From the NCBI GenBank assembly GCA_043754515.1, contig JAYUUO010000192.1, positions 1-10,448 on the forward strand: a stretch of 10,448 bases of DNA, in the 5' to 3' direction. Of the stretch, positions 1-6,732 are shown piece after piece. Position 1 is the first letter of the stretch. Each line of letters starts with the position of its first letter. Made by a program: the position numbers and the translations under genes. This DNA comes from Armatimonadota bacterium. GTDB lineage: Bacteria; Armatimonadota; Armatimonadia; Armatimonadales; Armatimonadaceae. Below the pieces are notes generated by a model. The model had not been told where the DNA came from, made no database searches, and saw only the letters and a list, made by a program, of their open reading frames with translations.

Positions 1-111
1 GGACTATGGAACACGGTCAAGCTCAAGATACTGCACCTAAATTTCTGTCACGCGGGGTTGCTGAACTACTAAGCCAACTCAAGATTCGGGTTAACTAAGG
101 AACGCCGCGCC

Positions 112-1392
112 CTGCGTCACGAAAACACGATACGCCGCGCCGTCTGGTCGCCCCTGGTCCTGCTCGCGCTTCTCGTCGCGGCACTCCTCTACCTGGCACT
201 GTATTTCTACCGCATGGCGAAGTAGGTCCAGCATTCCAGCGAAGTGTTGTATATTTCGAGCCGTGCCCTCGGCCTCGCGGTGAATATGGAGACGGGTAAG
301 CGCGGATACTTCCTCGCAGACGATCCGCTATACCTGCAAATCTATCGGGAGGCTGACGACACCCTCCAGCGCGAAAAGCCCAAGGAGCAACTCATCGAGG
401 CGACGGCGGATAACCCCATTCAACAGGCGAAGGCGAAGGCGATGCGTGCCGCCTTCAACCGCTGGCGCGCGGACGCGGGGCGGGAGATCGGCGTCTGGCA
501 ACGCACCCCGTCGGCGCGTCTCCCCCTCCGATTCCAGGACCGGCTCGGGAAACAGGGTATGGACTAGGTGCGTGTCATCTACGCCGACTTCATGGGCGAG
601 GAACAACGCCTCAAAAATATTCGCGTGCGCGCCGCCGATAATGTCGCGCGGATCGCGCTCTTCGGCGGGTCAGCACTCACACCGCTAGTCGGCGGGGGGC
701 TGGCACCCGCCACGCGGCGGTATATGCAGTCCATCTCCGAGCAGTATGAAACCGTATTGGAGGGCGAATCGGAAGCGCGGGAGCGGCTGGCGACTACGTT
801 CATCTCCATAGGGGACGGCGTCATCGTCATGGACGCCGTCGGTCGGATCGTGCTGATGAACCCGGTCGCCGAGGCATTGACCGGGTGGACGGATGGTCAA
901 GCCGCTGGCCACGATAATTCGGTCGTTTTTGACATCACCCATGAGGAGACCGGCGTCCTGGTGTCCAGCCCCATAGAGCGGGCGATACGGGAGGGTAAGA
1001 CTGTTCTGCTGGCGAATCACACGGTCCTAAAGCGGCGGGACGGAGACGCGGCGGAGGCGGGTCAGTCCGACATGATGTTGGGAGCCTCGGCGAATTCGGT
1101 ATACGCTCGGTCGGAGTTCCGACTGGAAGTGGGTGATATGATCGTGTTCACCACCGACGGGATCACGGAGGCGAGGCGGGGGCGGCGAGAATTTTTCGGC
1201 TACGAAGGATTCACTCGGGCAATACGGGAGGCGAGCCACGGCGAGGGGCGCGTGCCTCTCGCCGAGATCGCCGCGTCCGTGGTGTCCGGGGCGAAGTCTT
1301 ACGCCGGGGGGCGGCTGAACGACGATGTCTGTCTCCTCCTGGCGCGCCGCGGACAGCGAGATGGGGGTGGCGCGGGAGCCGCCTTGTTTTAG
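112..1392 (+). pseudogene. Decayed membrane sensor phosphatase: TM-CHASE3-TM-PAS-(partial) PP2C/SpoIIE (RsbU-like)
   Basis: One reading frame (+1) runs through a TM helix (VWSPLVLLALLVAALLYLALYF), CHASE3 motifs (*VQHSSEVL, NMETGKRGYFLADDPLYLQIY, GKQGMD*VR), a PAS start (SIGDGVIVMDAVGRIVLMNPVAEALTGW) and PP2C C-terminal motifs (GDMIVFTTDGITEAR, DDVCLLL). In-frame TAGs sit at 223-225 and 565-567. After the AAGGA at 97-101 there is only a CTG (112). The PAS C-terminus and the PP2C N-terminal half are missing. Confidence 0.85.
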
Positions 1393-1413
1393 CGAGAACA
1401 TCGCGCCGCCGAC

Positions 1414-2688
1414 TCAGGGCGCGGATATGGGCTTCGGTGCTGGGATAGACGCGCCGACGGCTACCGACGTAGACCTCGCGCCTGCGGCGCGCAGATCAGG
1501 GGTATTATTCTCCGTCGCCTCGCCCTCCGCCACGATCGGCTTCGCGCCACTGGCACCGCCGAACGGCGCGTAGGGGTTCGCGATCAGCCCCACAGCCTTG
1601 ATCCGCGCAAGATTGGCTTGCGGCATCTCGGACTTGGGGAACGAGATCGCGTGAACATCCCCATCCGAAACGAAGCGCCCCCCGCCCGCAGCGGCGAGTT
1701 TGATGATCCAACTGCGCAAGCCGTTGGGATCTTTGTCCATCGGCGAAATGCGCTCCAGGTGCAGTGCGTTGAACTCCTTGCTGAGCGGGGACGGGATAGG
1801 CCGGTACGCGGCGGCCATCGCGGCCGCGTAGGAGTAGGTTTTGCCCCCGCTCGAGCCGTTGACGAGGTACTTCCAGTCGGCCTTTTTGCGTGGGTAATCG
1901 CCGAACGGGAGTGCCATCACTGTAATCTTCGCTTTCGGGGACGAGGCGAGTAGCAGGTTGTTCGCGCCACCCACCTCGGCCTGTATCCGCGCGGGGGGCA
2001 TGTGCGCCATACTCTTATGGTTGATCGTATGGTTGCCGATCTCGAACCCGTTATCAACCAGATATTGCAGTTTCTGATCGCCGAGCCCGTTCTGCCCGAA
2101 TGAGTCCGATGTTCGGGGGCTCTTCGGTAGGCAGAAAAACGTCGCCTTTAGCGACCAGTCTGGGTGTTTCTTGTGGAATGCCTGAAGCCGCCCGACACCA
2201 CAGTTCGGATCTACTTTGAGTGCTTTGTCCGTCTCCATCAGGCGGAACTGGGACTCGCGCGCGTCGTCAAATGTCAGCACGACGGGCGACTTTCCCGCTG
2301 GCACATCTATTCTGCCGGTAACGAGATCCGACAGGCTCACCGGACGGAAACCCGCCGCGTAGAGCAACTCGAGGTCCTTATCGAACGCGGCGACCGAGCG
2401 CACCAATCCGCGATCAATCTTCGCCGGTTTCGTGCCGATGTCGTGATACATGACGACGGGGATTTTTCCCAACTCGTTGGGCCGCACCTTCGCGTAGTCT
2501 ATCTGCGGCGGCAGGGGCACCCGGGGGGAGGGGCTAGCTTTGACGCGCGGAGTCGCCGCGCTCGCGGACGTTTCTTTGGATGCTTTCCCGATAAAGGGCA
2601 ACTTGTGTAACACGGAGCAACCGCAACACGACGCGGCGACAGCCGATGTCAGCGCGACGGCGGCAAACGGTAGGCGGATGGGATACAT
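1414..2688 (-). CDS. Polysaccharide deacetylase (CE4/NodB family, IcaB/PgaB-like motif order), probable lipoprotein
   Basis: 424 aa. Motifs VMYHDI, VVLTFDDA, ATFF, EIGNHTINH, LPFG and LERI. The N-terminal hydrophobic stretch ends in a lipobox-like SCCG-C and is followed by a Pro/Ala linker. Confidence 0.88.
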   Translation of the reverse strand: MYPIRLPFAAVALTSAVAASCCGCSVLHKLPFIGKASKETSASAATPRVKASPSPRVPLPPQIDYAKVRPNELGKIPVVMYHDIGTKPAKIDRGLVRSVAAFDKDLELLYAAGFRPVSLSDLVTGRIDVPAGKSPVVLTFDDARESQFRLMETDKALKVDPNCGVGRLQAFHKKHPDWSLKATFFCLPKSPRTSDSFGQNGLGDQKLQYLVDNGFEIGNHTINHKSMAHMPPARIQAEVGGANNLLLASSPKAKITVMALPFGDYPRKKADWKYLVNGSSGGKTYSYAAAMAAAYRPIPSPLSKEFNALHLERISPMDKDPNGLRSWIIKLAAAGGGRFVSDGDVHAISFPKSEMPQANLARIKAVGLIANPYAPFGGASGAKPIVAEGEATENNTPDLRAAGARSTSVAVGASIPAPKPISAP

Positions 2689-2788
2689 GACGGGCGATTT
2701 CCTTCCGGACGAACGAGAGGCACGGCGGTCACCGTCCGGCAGGTCACGCTAAGGCAACCGGCCCACCGGACGCGGTGTTCTAGTCCCG

Positions 2789-2818
2789 ATTATACGGCGT
2801 CCTAATTACCTTCGGCAA
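2789..2818 (-). promoter_or_regulatory. Putative sigma70 promoter of the deacetylase gene
   Basis: The minus strand reads TTGCCG (2818-2813), an 18-nt spacer and a perfect TATAAT (2794-2789), about 100 nt upstream of the ATG at 2688. Confidence 0.6.
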
Positions 2819-2834
2819 GCGAAACCGCAGGCCA

Positions 2835-3539
2835 CTATTTGTCATCTACGTAGATCCCCGCGACCTCGATCTCGCCCGGCTGAATCCCCGCCTTGATGCA
2901 GAAGTTAGCAGGGGGGGTAGTGTGATCCGCCGTGGTAGTGAAGGGCAACTCATACTGCTTCCACTCCGGAGAAAGGGTGACCTTCTCCTGTAGCTCAGGC
3001 GTATGGGGTACTTTCCCGTCCTCGAATATCACCCATACCGGCGTTTTTTGCACGGAGCGTCCCCAGAAGTGTACCACCATCTCTTTGCCCCCCAGTACGT
3101 TCTGGGGCACTTCCTTGATCATCTGCGCGGCCCAGAACTTGGCGGGGTCAACCTTGGTCACCACGACGTGCACGGCGTGCTTGTTGCTGCCAGGCAACTC
3201 CGCCGATATAGTCTCCTCCATGGTGGCTTCCGCGGGGGATTGCGTGACCAGCTTCCACTTCGTCTTCTCCGGGTCTATCACCGAGCCGGAGGGCACGGCG
3301 GCAAGGGGAGAGGGTACTACGGGTTTTGTCGTCGGCCCACCCGCTCCCGGCGCGGCGGATGCCGCCATCACCTTGTTAGCCGACCGTGATTTGAACATTA
3401 GCAACGCGACTAGAATGACGAGGGCGATTACCAAGATGATGGCACCGACCGGTTTGATGATGATACGCATTGTGTGGACTCGAATTCGTTGCCCTGATTT
3501 GTGCGTTACCGCATGTGGCATGTAGGCGTCGTTCGGCAC
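2835..3539 (-). CDS. Membrane-anchored carbohydrate-binding domain protein (CBM4/9-like, galactose-binding fold)
   Basis: N-terminal TM (GAIILVIALVILVALLMF), a Pro/Ala linker, then a CBM4/9-like pattern (FWAAQM, VHFWGRS, VTLSPEWKQYELPFT, GEIEVAGIYV). The start is ambiguous: GTG 3539 (GGAG 6 nt upstream) or ATG 3470 (MRIIIK...). Confidence 0.7.
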   Translation of the reverse strand: MPNDAYMPHAVTHKSGQRIRVHTMRIIIKPVGAIILVIALVILVALLMFKSRSANKVMAASAAPGAGGPTTKPVVPSPLAAVPSGSVIDPEKTKWKLVTQSPAEATMEETISAELPGSNKHAVHVVVTKVDPAKFWAAQMIKEVPQNVLGGKEMVVHFWGRSVQKTPVWVIFEDGKVPHTPELQEKVTLSPEWKQYELPFTTTADHTTPPANFCIKAGIQPGEIEVAGIYVDDK

Positions 3540-3629
3540 GACGCTCTCCGGGATTTAAGGAGTGATACCCGCGCGGTGCCGGAAGCCATGTCCCGCCCCG
3601 TTCCATCGGTCGTAGGCGTTGTCGGCATG
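3522..3629. repeat. Pair of imperfect GTAG-led direct repeats; the first forms a 7-bp hairpin
   Basis: 3522 GTAGGCGTCGTTCGGCACG versus 3612 GTAGGCGTTGTCGGCATG, 90 nt apart. Hairpin GCGTCGT-TCGGC-ACGACGC at 3526-3544. Confidence 0.45.
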
Positions 3630-3669
3630 CCTCATCTAGCGGCCCGAGTCGGTTCTATTCCTAACACGG

Positions 3670-3698
3670 ATTATAGGTATGTACGCCGAAATCTTCAG
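3670..3698 (-). promoter_or_regulatory. Putative sigma70 promoter of the CBM gene
   Basis: Perfect TATAAT on the minus strand (3675-3670) in an AT-enriched patch. The -35 candidate CTGAAG at 17 nt is weak. Confidence 0.4.
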
Positions 3699-3914
3699 GT
3701 ATAACCGACGCTATATTATCCGCTGATTTTGACAGGGCCACTCATGGGGCGGAGAGGTTAGATCATTGCGCCGCTTGCCGGGTCGCGGCGTGAACGTCGA
3801 CACCGTGCGTAGGCACGTCCACGCTACGTTGTATACACGGCAGAATTTCCCGCCACCCGACATCCGCCGCGATTGCGAACGCTGACGTTCGGCGCACGGG
3901 AGCGTATTACCATA

Positions 3915-5069
3915 CTATTCCAAATCTTCGACGTCATCACTCGAGTCATCCTCGATTCCGGCTTCGGGTTCGTCCCCCAACGCGTCGAATGGTCCCAGAC
4001 GGCGTAGTTTCTTGATCGCCCGTAGTTCGATCTGGCGCACGCGCTCGCGCGTGACCTCGAAGTACTGACCGACCTCCTCAAGGGTTCGCGGGGAGCCGTC
4101 GTCGAGGCCGTAGCGCATACGTACCACTTCCCGCTCCCGGTCGGTCAGCTTCGCAAGTACCGTGTCGAGTTGCTCGCGGCGGATCAGATTGTTGGCGACA
4201 TCGCTCGATGTCGCCCCCCGCGCGTGGATGAAGTCCTGTAGTTGCGCCGAGTCGCGGTCGCCGACCGGGGTCTCGAGACTGATCGGCTCCATAGCGACAC
4301 GCATGATCTCGTTCACGCGATCCGGAGCGACGGACAGTGCTTCCCCGATCTCGTCGGCGGACGGCTCGCGCCCTAGTTCCTGCCGGAGCGACCCCGCAGT
4401 CTTGACGACTTTGTGGATCATCTCCGCTACGTAGACGGGGATACGGATCGTACGGCCCTGATTGATCACCGCGCGGGCGATCGCGCGGCGGATCCACCAC
4501 GTCGCGTACGTCGAGAACCGAAACCCGCGCCGGGGGTCGAACTTCTCCACGGCGCGGATCAGGCCAATGTTCCCCTCCTGAATCAAGTCCGCGAGCGGGA
4601 TCCCCGGAACACTGTAACGGCGGGCGATGGAGATCACTAGCCGCAAGTTGGCTTCCGTGAGAATATCTTTAGCCTGTTTATCTCCCCGCGCGACGCGGTT
4701 CGCCAGCGAAACCTCCTCCTCCGCGTTCAGCAACTGCGTGGCGCGCGTCCGGTGCAGGTAGCCCTGGATCTGCTCGGTCTCCAGTGCCCGGTGAGAGCGT
4801 ATCTTCTCTTCATCCGTCACGGGCGACAGCCGCTCATCGGCCGAGCCGACAGGGGAAGGCACCGGAAGCAACACTGCCTCCGTTTCATCAATCGCCGACA
4901 GGGAGATCTCGGCGAGCGAGATGTCATCCTCTAGGTCGCTCAGACTAGTCGCGTCGGGAGAAGGGCGTTCCTCCACTCGCATACGCGTCTCCGACAAGGC
5001 GGCGTCACTAACGTTTCGCCGTTCCGGGCGACGGGTAACAGGGGACAGCAACGGCGGTAGCGTGTTCAA
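3915..5069 (-). CDS. RNA polymerase sigma factor, sigma70 RpoD/SigA-like (probably a non-primary, group 2-type paralogue)
   Basis: Region 1.2 ([20 protein letters not shown]), region 2 ([41 protein letters not shown]), region 3 ([19 protein letters not shown]) and region 4 ([35 protein letters not shown]). TTG start with GGAG 11 nt upstream; the exact start is uncertain. Confidence 0.95.
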   Translation of the reverse strand: MNTLPPLLSPVTRRPERRNVSDAALSETRMRVEERPSPDATSLSDLEDDISLAEISLSAIDETEAVLLPVPSPVGSADERLSPVTDEEKIRSHRALETEQIQGYLHRTRATQLLNAEEEVSLANRVARGDKQAKDILTEANLRLVISIARRYSVPGIPLADLIQEGNIGLIRAVEKFDPRRGFRFSTYATWWIRRAIARAVINQGRTIRIPVYVAEMIHKVVKTAGSLRQELGREPSADEIGEALSVAPDRVNEIMRVAMEPISLETPVGDRDSAQLQDFIHARGATSSDVANNLIRREQLDTVLAKLTDREREVVRMRYGLDDGSPRTLEEVGQYFEVTRERVRQIELRAIKKLRRLGPFDALGDEPEAGIEDDSSDDVEDLE

Positions 5070-5125
5070 AGGGTTGTCATCTCCAAAAAGGCGGTGTAAG
5101 GAAGTGGTGGAACAAAAGCTTCTGC

Positions 5126-5168
5126 CTTAACCCTTCTTAACCAATGATTTAATTGGCCGAGAAGTTCC
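5126..5168 (-). promoter_or_regulatory. Regulatory region upstream of the sigma factor: CTTAACC direct repeat, CCAAT-N6-ATTGG inverted repeat, ECF-like GGAAC-N17-CATT
   Basis: CTTAACC at 5126-5132 and 5136-5142 (10-bp period). CCAAT at 5141-5145 pairs with ATTGG at 5152-5156. The minus strand has GGAAC (5168-5164) 17 nt before CATT (5146-5143). Confidence 0.4.
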
Positions 5169-5266
5169 TTTATTCCTGCCGGGGTTCGCTCGCGAACGGG
5201 ATCCGTTTCTATTTCCCCCCCAACCGTGAACACGAAACCCGGCCATTGAGGGGGGTGTTGCTACCT

Positions 5267-5306
5267 AAAAGCGCGGCACCCGACCTCCGCCACCGGATCT
5301 CCGCGC
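5267..5306 (-). terminator. Putative intrinsic terminator after the two hypothetical genes
   Basis: The minus strand reads GCGCGG-AG-ATCCGG-(9 nt)-TCGGGT-G-CCGCGC followed by TTTT, beginning 10 nt after the TAG at 5317. Confidence 0.5.
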
Positions 5307-5316
5307 CCAGGTTATC

Positions 5317-5568
5317 CTACGTACCGGGTGGGGACGGTTGTTCCCTCGTCCCTAAAGCCTCGGATACCGTGTCCCACCGCGAAAGATCGAAGGGAATTTG
5401 CCAGGCGAACACACGCCCTTTGCTGTCCGTGTACTCCGCCATCGCCATGTCGGGTAGTTTACCGAGGGGCGCGTCCGCGCACAGTGCCATCACCCGCTCC
5501 GCCGTCTGCTTCCCCTCGACGTACGCGATGCCGCGTCGCCCGTTCAGTTTCCACACTTTGCTAGCCAT
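5317..5568 (-). CDS. Hypothetical protein, 83 aa (MASKVWKLNGRRGIAYVEG...MAEYTDSKGRVFAWQIPF)
   Basis: Globular-looking beta/alpha composition. The ATG at 5568 lies 20 nt after the stop of the upstream ORF. The longer track ORF (start 5709) would overlap the upstream gene by about 120 nt, so I prefer 5568. Confidence 0.7.
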   Translation of the reverse strand: MASKVWKLNGRRGIAYVEGKQTAERVMALCADAPLGKLPDMAMAEYTDSKGRVFAWQIPFDLSRWDTVSEALGTREQPSPPGT

Positions 5569-5588
5569 GCCTTTGGTGTCCCACCCGC

Positions 5589-6155
5589 CTAAATCTTTGG
5601 TTTTTTTGCCAACGCGCTCTCGACATCCCGCCGCGCGAACGTCATCCAGACGCGCACGCCCTGCCAACCGGTCGGCAGACTTCCCGCTGGTTCGCCCGAC
5701 ACCGGCCATGTATCGGCCCGTAACCGTGCCAAGGCCTCCGCTATCTCGCGTTCATGCTCCGCGACGAGTGCCGCCTCGCCGCCGCCTAGTACGCACAGTT
5801 GAAACCGCGCCCCGTAGGGCGTGAGTTTCGCCGACACGAGCGGTGCCAGTTTCTGGGCTTGTAGTACCCGTTTCCACTGCTTCATGAATTTAGGCCCGCA
5901 CTTCGCGCGGTCTTCGAGGGGAACCTCGACATCCCAGCGGAAGGTGTAGGTAGCAGCCCCGGGGTCCACCTCCTGAGCCGAATCAGCCGCCGCGCCGCTG
6001 GGTGCCCGGCGCGGCCTCGGCTGCCGCCCGGCGCGAATACCCTCCGCTGGCCGCGCTGGGGTTGTTACCTCGAACGGGTCACTCAACCCGTCCGGGGGCG
6101 ACTCCTCGCCGCCGAACACGAAAGAAAGAACGTCTTGACTCGCCGCTTGTGCCAT
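5589..6155 (-). CDS. Hypothetical protein, 188 aa (disordered N-terminus, folded-looking C-terminal domain)
   Basis: The ORF fills the gap, and its ATG lies 6 nt after a TACAAT -10 box. I recognise no family. Confidence 0.72.
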   Translation of the reverse strand: MAQAASQDVLSFVFGGEESPPDGLSDPFEVTTPARPAEGIRAGRQPRPRRAPSGAAADSAQEVDPGAATYTFRWDVEVPLEDRAKCGPKFMKQWKRVLQAQKLAPLVSAKLTPYGARFQLCVLGGGEAALVAEHEREIAEALARLRADTWPVSGEPAGSLPTGWQGVRVWMTFARRDVESALAKKPKI

Positions 6156-6190
6156 ACCCTCATTGTATCAAACAATTGTTTGCCACGCAA
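6155..6190 (-). promoter_or_regulatory. Sigma70 promoter with extended -10, probably producing a leaderless mRNA
   Basis: TTGCGT (6190-6185), 17-nt spacer, TG-a-TACAAT (TG 6170-6169; -10 6167-6162), then 6 nt and the ATG at 6155. Confidence 0.7.
6169..6182. promoter_or_regulatory. Palindromic operator resembling a Gram-positive-type LexA (Cheo) box
   Basis: Perfect 14-bp palindrome CAAAC-AATT-GTTTG. It matches CGAAC-N4-GTTCG with one symmetric change per half-site and lies inside the -35/-10 spacer. Confidence 0.62.
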
Positions 6191-6237
6191 GTCGGAACAT
6201 CAATCCGACACCGACAGGGACATCGCCGTCGGCACTT

Positions 6238-6263
6238 GTTTATAAATCCTACGGGAAGGGCAT
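6238..6263 (+). promoter_or_regulatory. SigB/SigF-like stress promoter
   Basis: GTTTAT (6238-6243), 14 nt, GGGCAT (6258-6263). Compare the B. subtilis SigB consensus of about GTTTAA-N12-14-GGGWAW. It lies upstream of YsnF-type genes. Confidence 0.5.
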
Positions 6264-6324
6264 AACCGCGTTGTAGAAACGGGGAGGGCTACCCGCCCCG
6301 CGATCAAGGGAATAATAAACCAAG

Positions 6325-6732
6325 ATGGCCGGAAAACCACATCAGGACACGGAGCGAAATGCTAGGGCGACCAGCGGCGCGGGGAACGCCGGGGGCAAGC
6401 CTATCCTTCCCATATTATTTGGCTTCGCGGCGGTGATAATTTTCATAATCGTATCTCTGGCGATCTCAAGGAAACCCGCCTCCCCTATTAGGGAACTAGC
6501 CAACAAGTCGCAGAACGGGCCGGAGCGGACTGGTACTGGCAGTTCGACCACCGCCATAGGGCATGTGACTGGTAGCACGGGAGATACTGGTGCCCACCCG
6601 ACATCGGTCGGGGTCGCCTCCTCGTCCTCGTTACCGAGCGGCAAGGCGGCCGGTGACGGCGCGAGGGCTCCGATGAATTATGTGGCACCACACACGGACA
6701 ACACGAGCGACATGAACTGGGGCGGCAAGTAG
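6325..6732 (+). CDS. Hypothetical single-pass membrane protein with a Gly/Ser/Thr-rich tail
   Basis: 135 aa with one TM (ILPILFGFAAVIIFIIVSLAI). Its TAG overlaps the GTG of the next gene (TAGTG), which suggests translational coupling. Confidence 0.7.
   Translation: MAGKPHQDTERNARATSGAGNAGGKPILPILFGFAAVIIFIIVSLAISRKPASPIRELANKSQNGPERTGTGSSTTAIGHVTGSTGDTGAHPTSVGVASSSSLPSGKAAGDGARAPMNYVAPHTDNTSDMNWGGK

Noticed and set aside
223..567. Two in-frame TAG codons in one gene as evidence of amber recoding (pyrrolysine or TAG=Gln)
   Set aside because: By CHASE3 consensus the two sites correspond to different residues (Trp, and Gln/Glu-like), each one substitution from TAG. TAG is the normal stop of most genes here (1392, 2835, 3915, 5317, 5589, 6732, 7156). 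The same gene also lacks a canonical start, has prolines in its second TM helix and has an internal deletion, so decay is the simpler explanation.
3481..3512. Minus-strand GGTAACGCACAAATCAGGGCAACGAATTCG resembles the 5' end of a c-di-GMP-I riboswitch
   Set aside because: The GNRA-capped P2 stem and the following GCAAA/P3 elements are absent, and the stretch runs straight into coding sequence.
3506..3628. 40-codon upstream ORF (-) overlapping the CBM leader
   Set aside because: The SD-like GAGG is only 1 nt from the ATG, and the peptide shows no attenuator-like codon run.
3876..3891. CGAAC-GCTGAC-GTTCG as a second LexA box
   Set aside because: The spacer is 6 nt rather than 4, and it lies just past the sigma stop codon. 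It is more likely one of several 3' hairpins.
5066..5080. Mini-ORF ATG ACA ACC CTT TGA overlapping the sigma TTG start
   Set aside because: GGAG abuts this ATG with no spacing, so initiation there is unlikely and cannot be supported from sequence alone.
5569..5709. N-terminal extension of the 83-aa ORF given in the ORF track
   Set aside because: It overlaps the end of the 188-aa gene in another frame. The ATG at 5568 gives a typical 20-nt operon gap.
5153..5824. 223-aa + strand ORF and other long antisense ORFs (2932-3525, 6488-7054, 7797-8279, 9848-10279)
   Set aside because: They are shadow ORFs of real opposite-strand genes in GC-rich DNA, with biased composition and no recognisable motifs.
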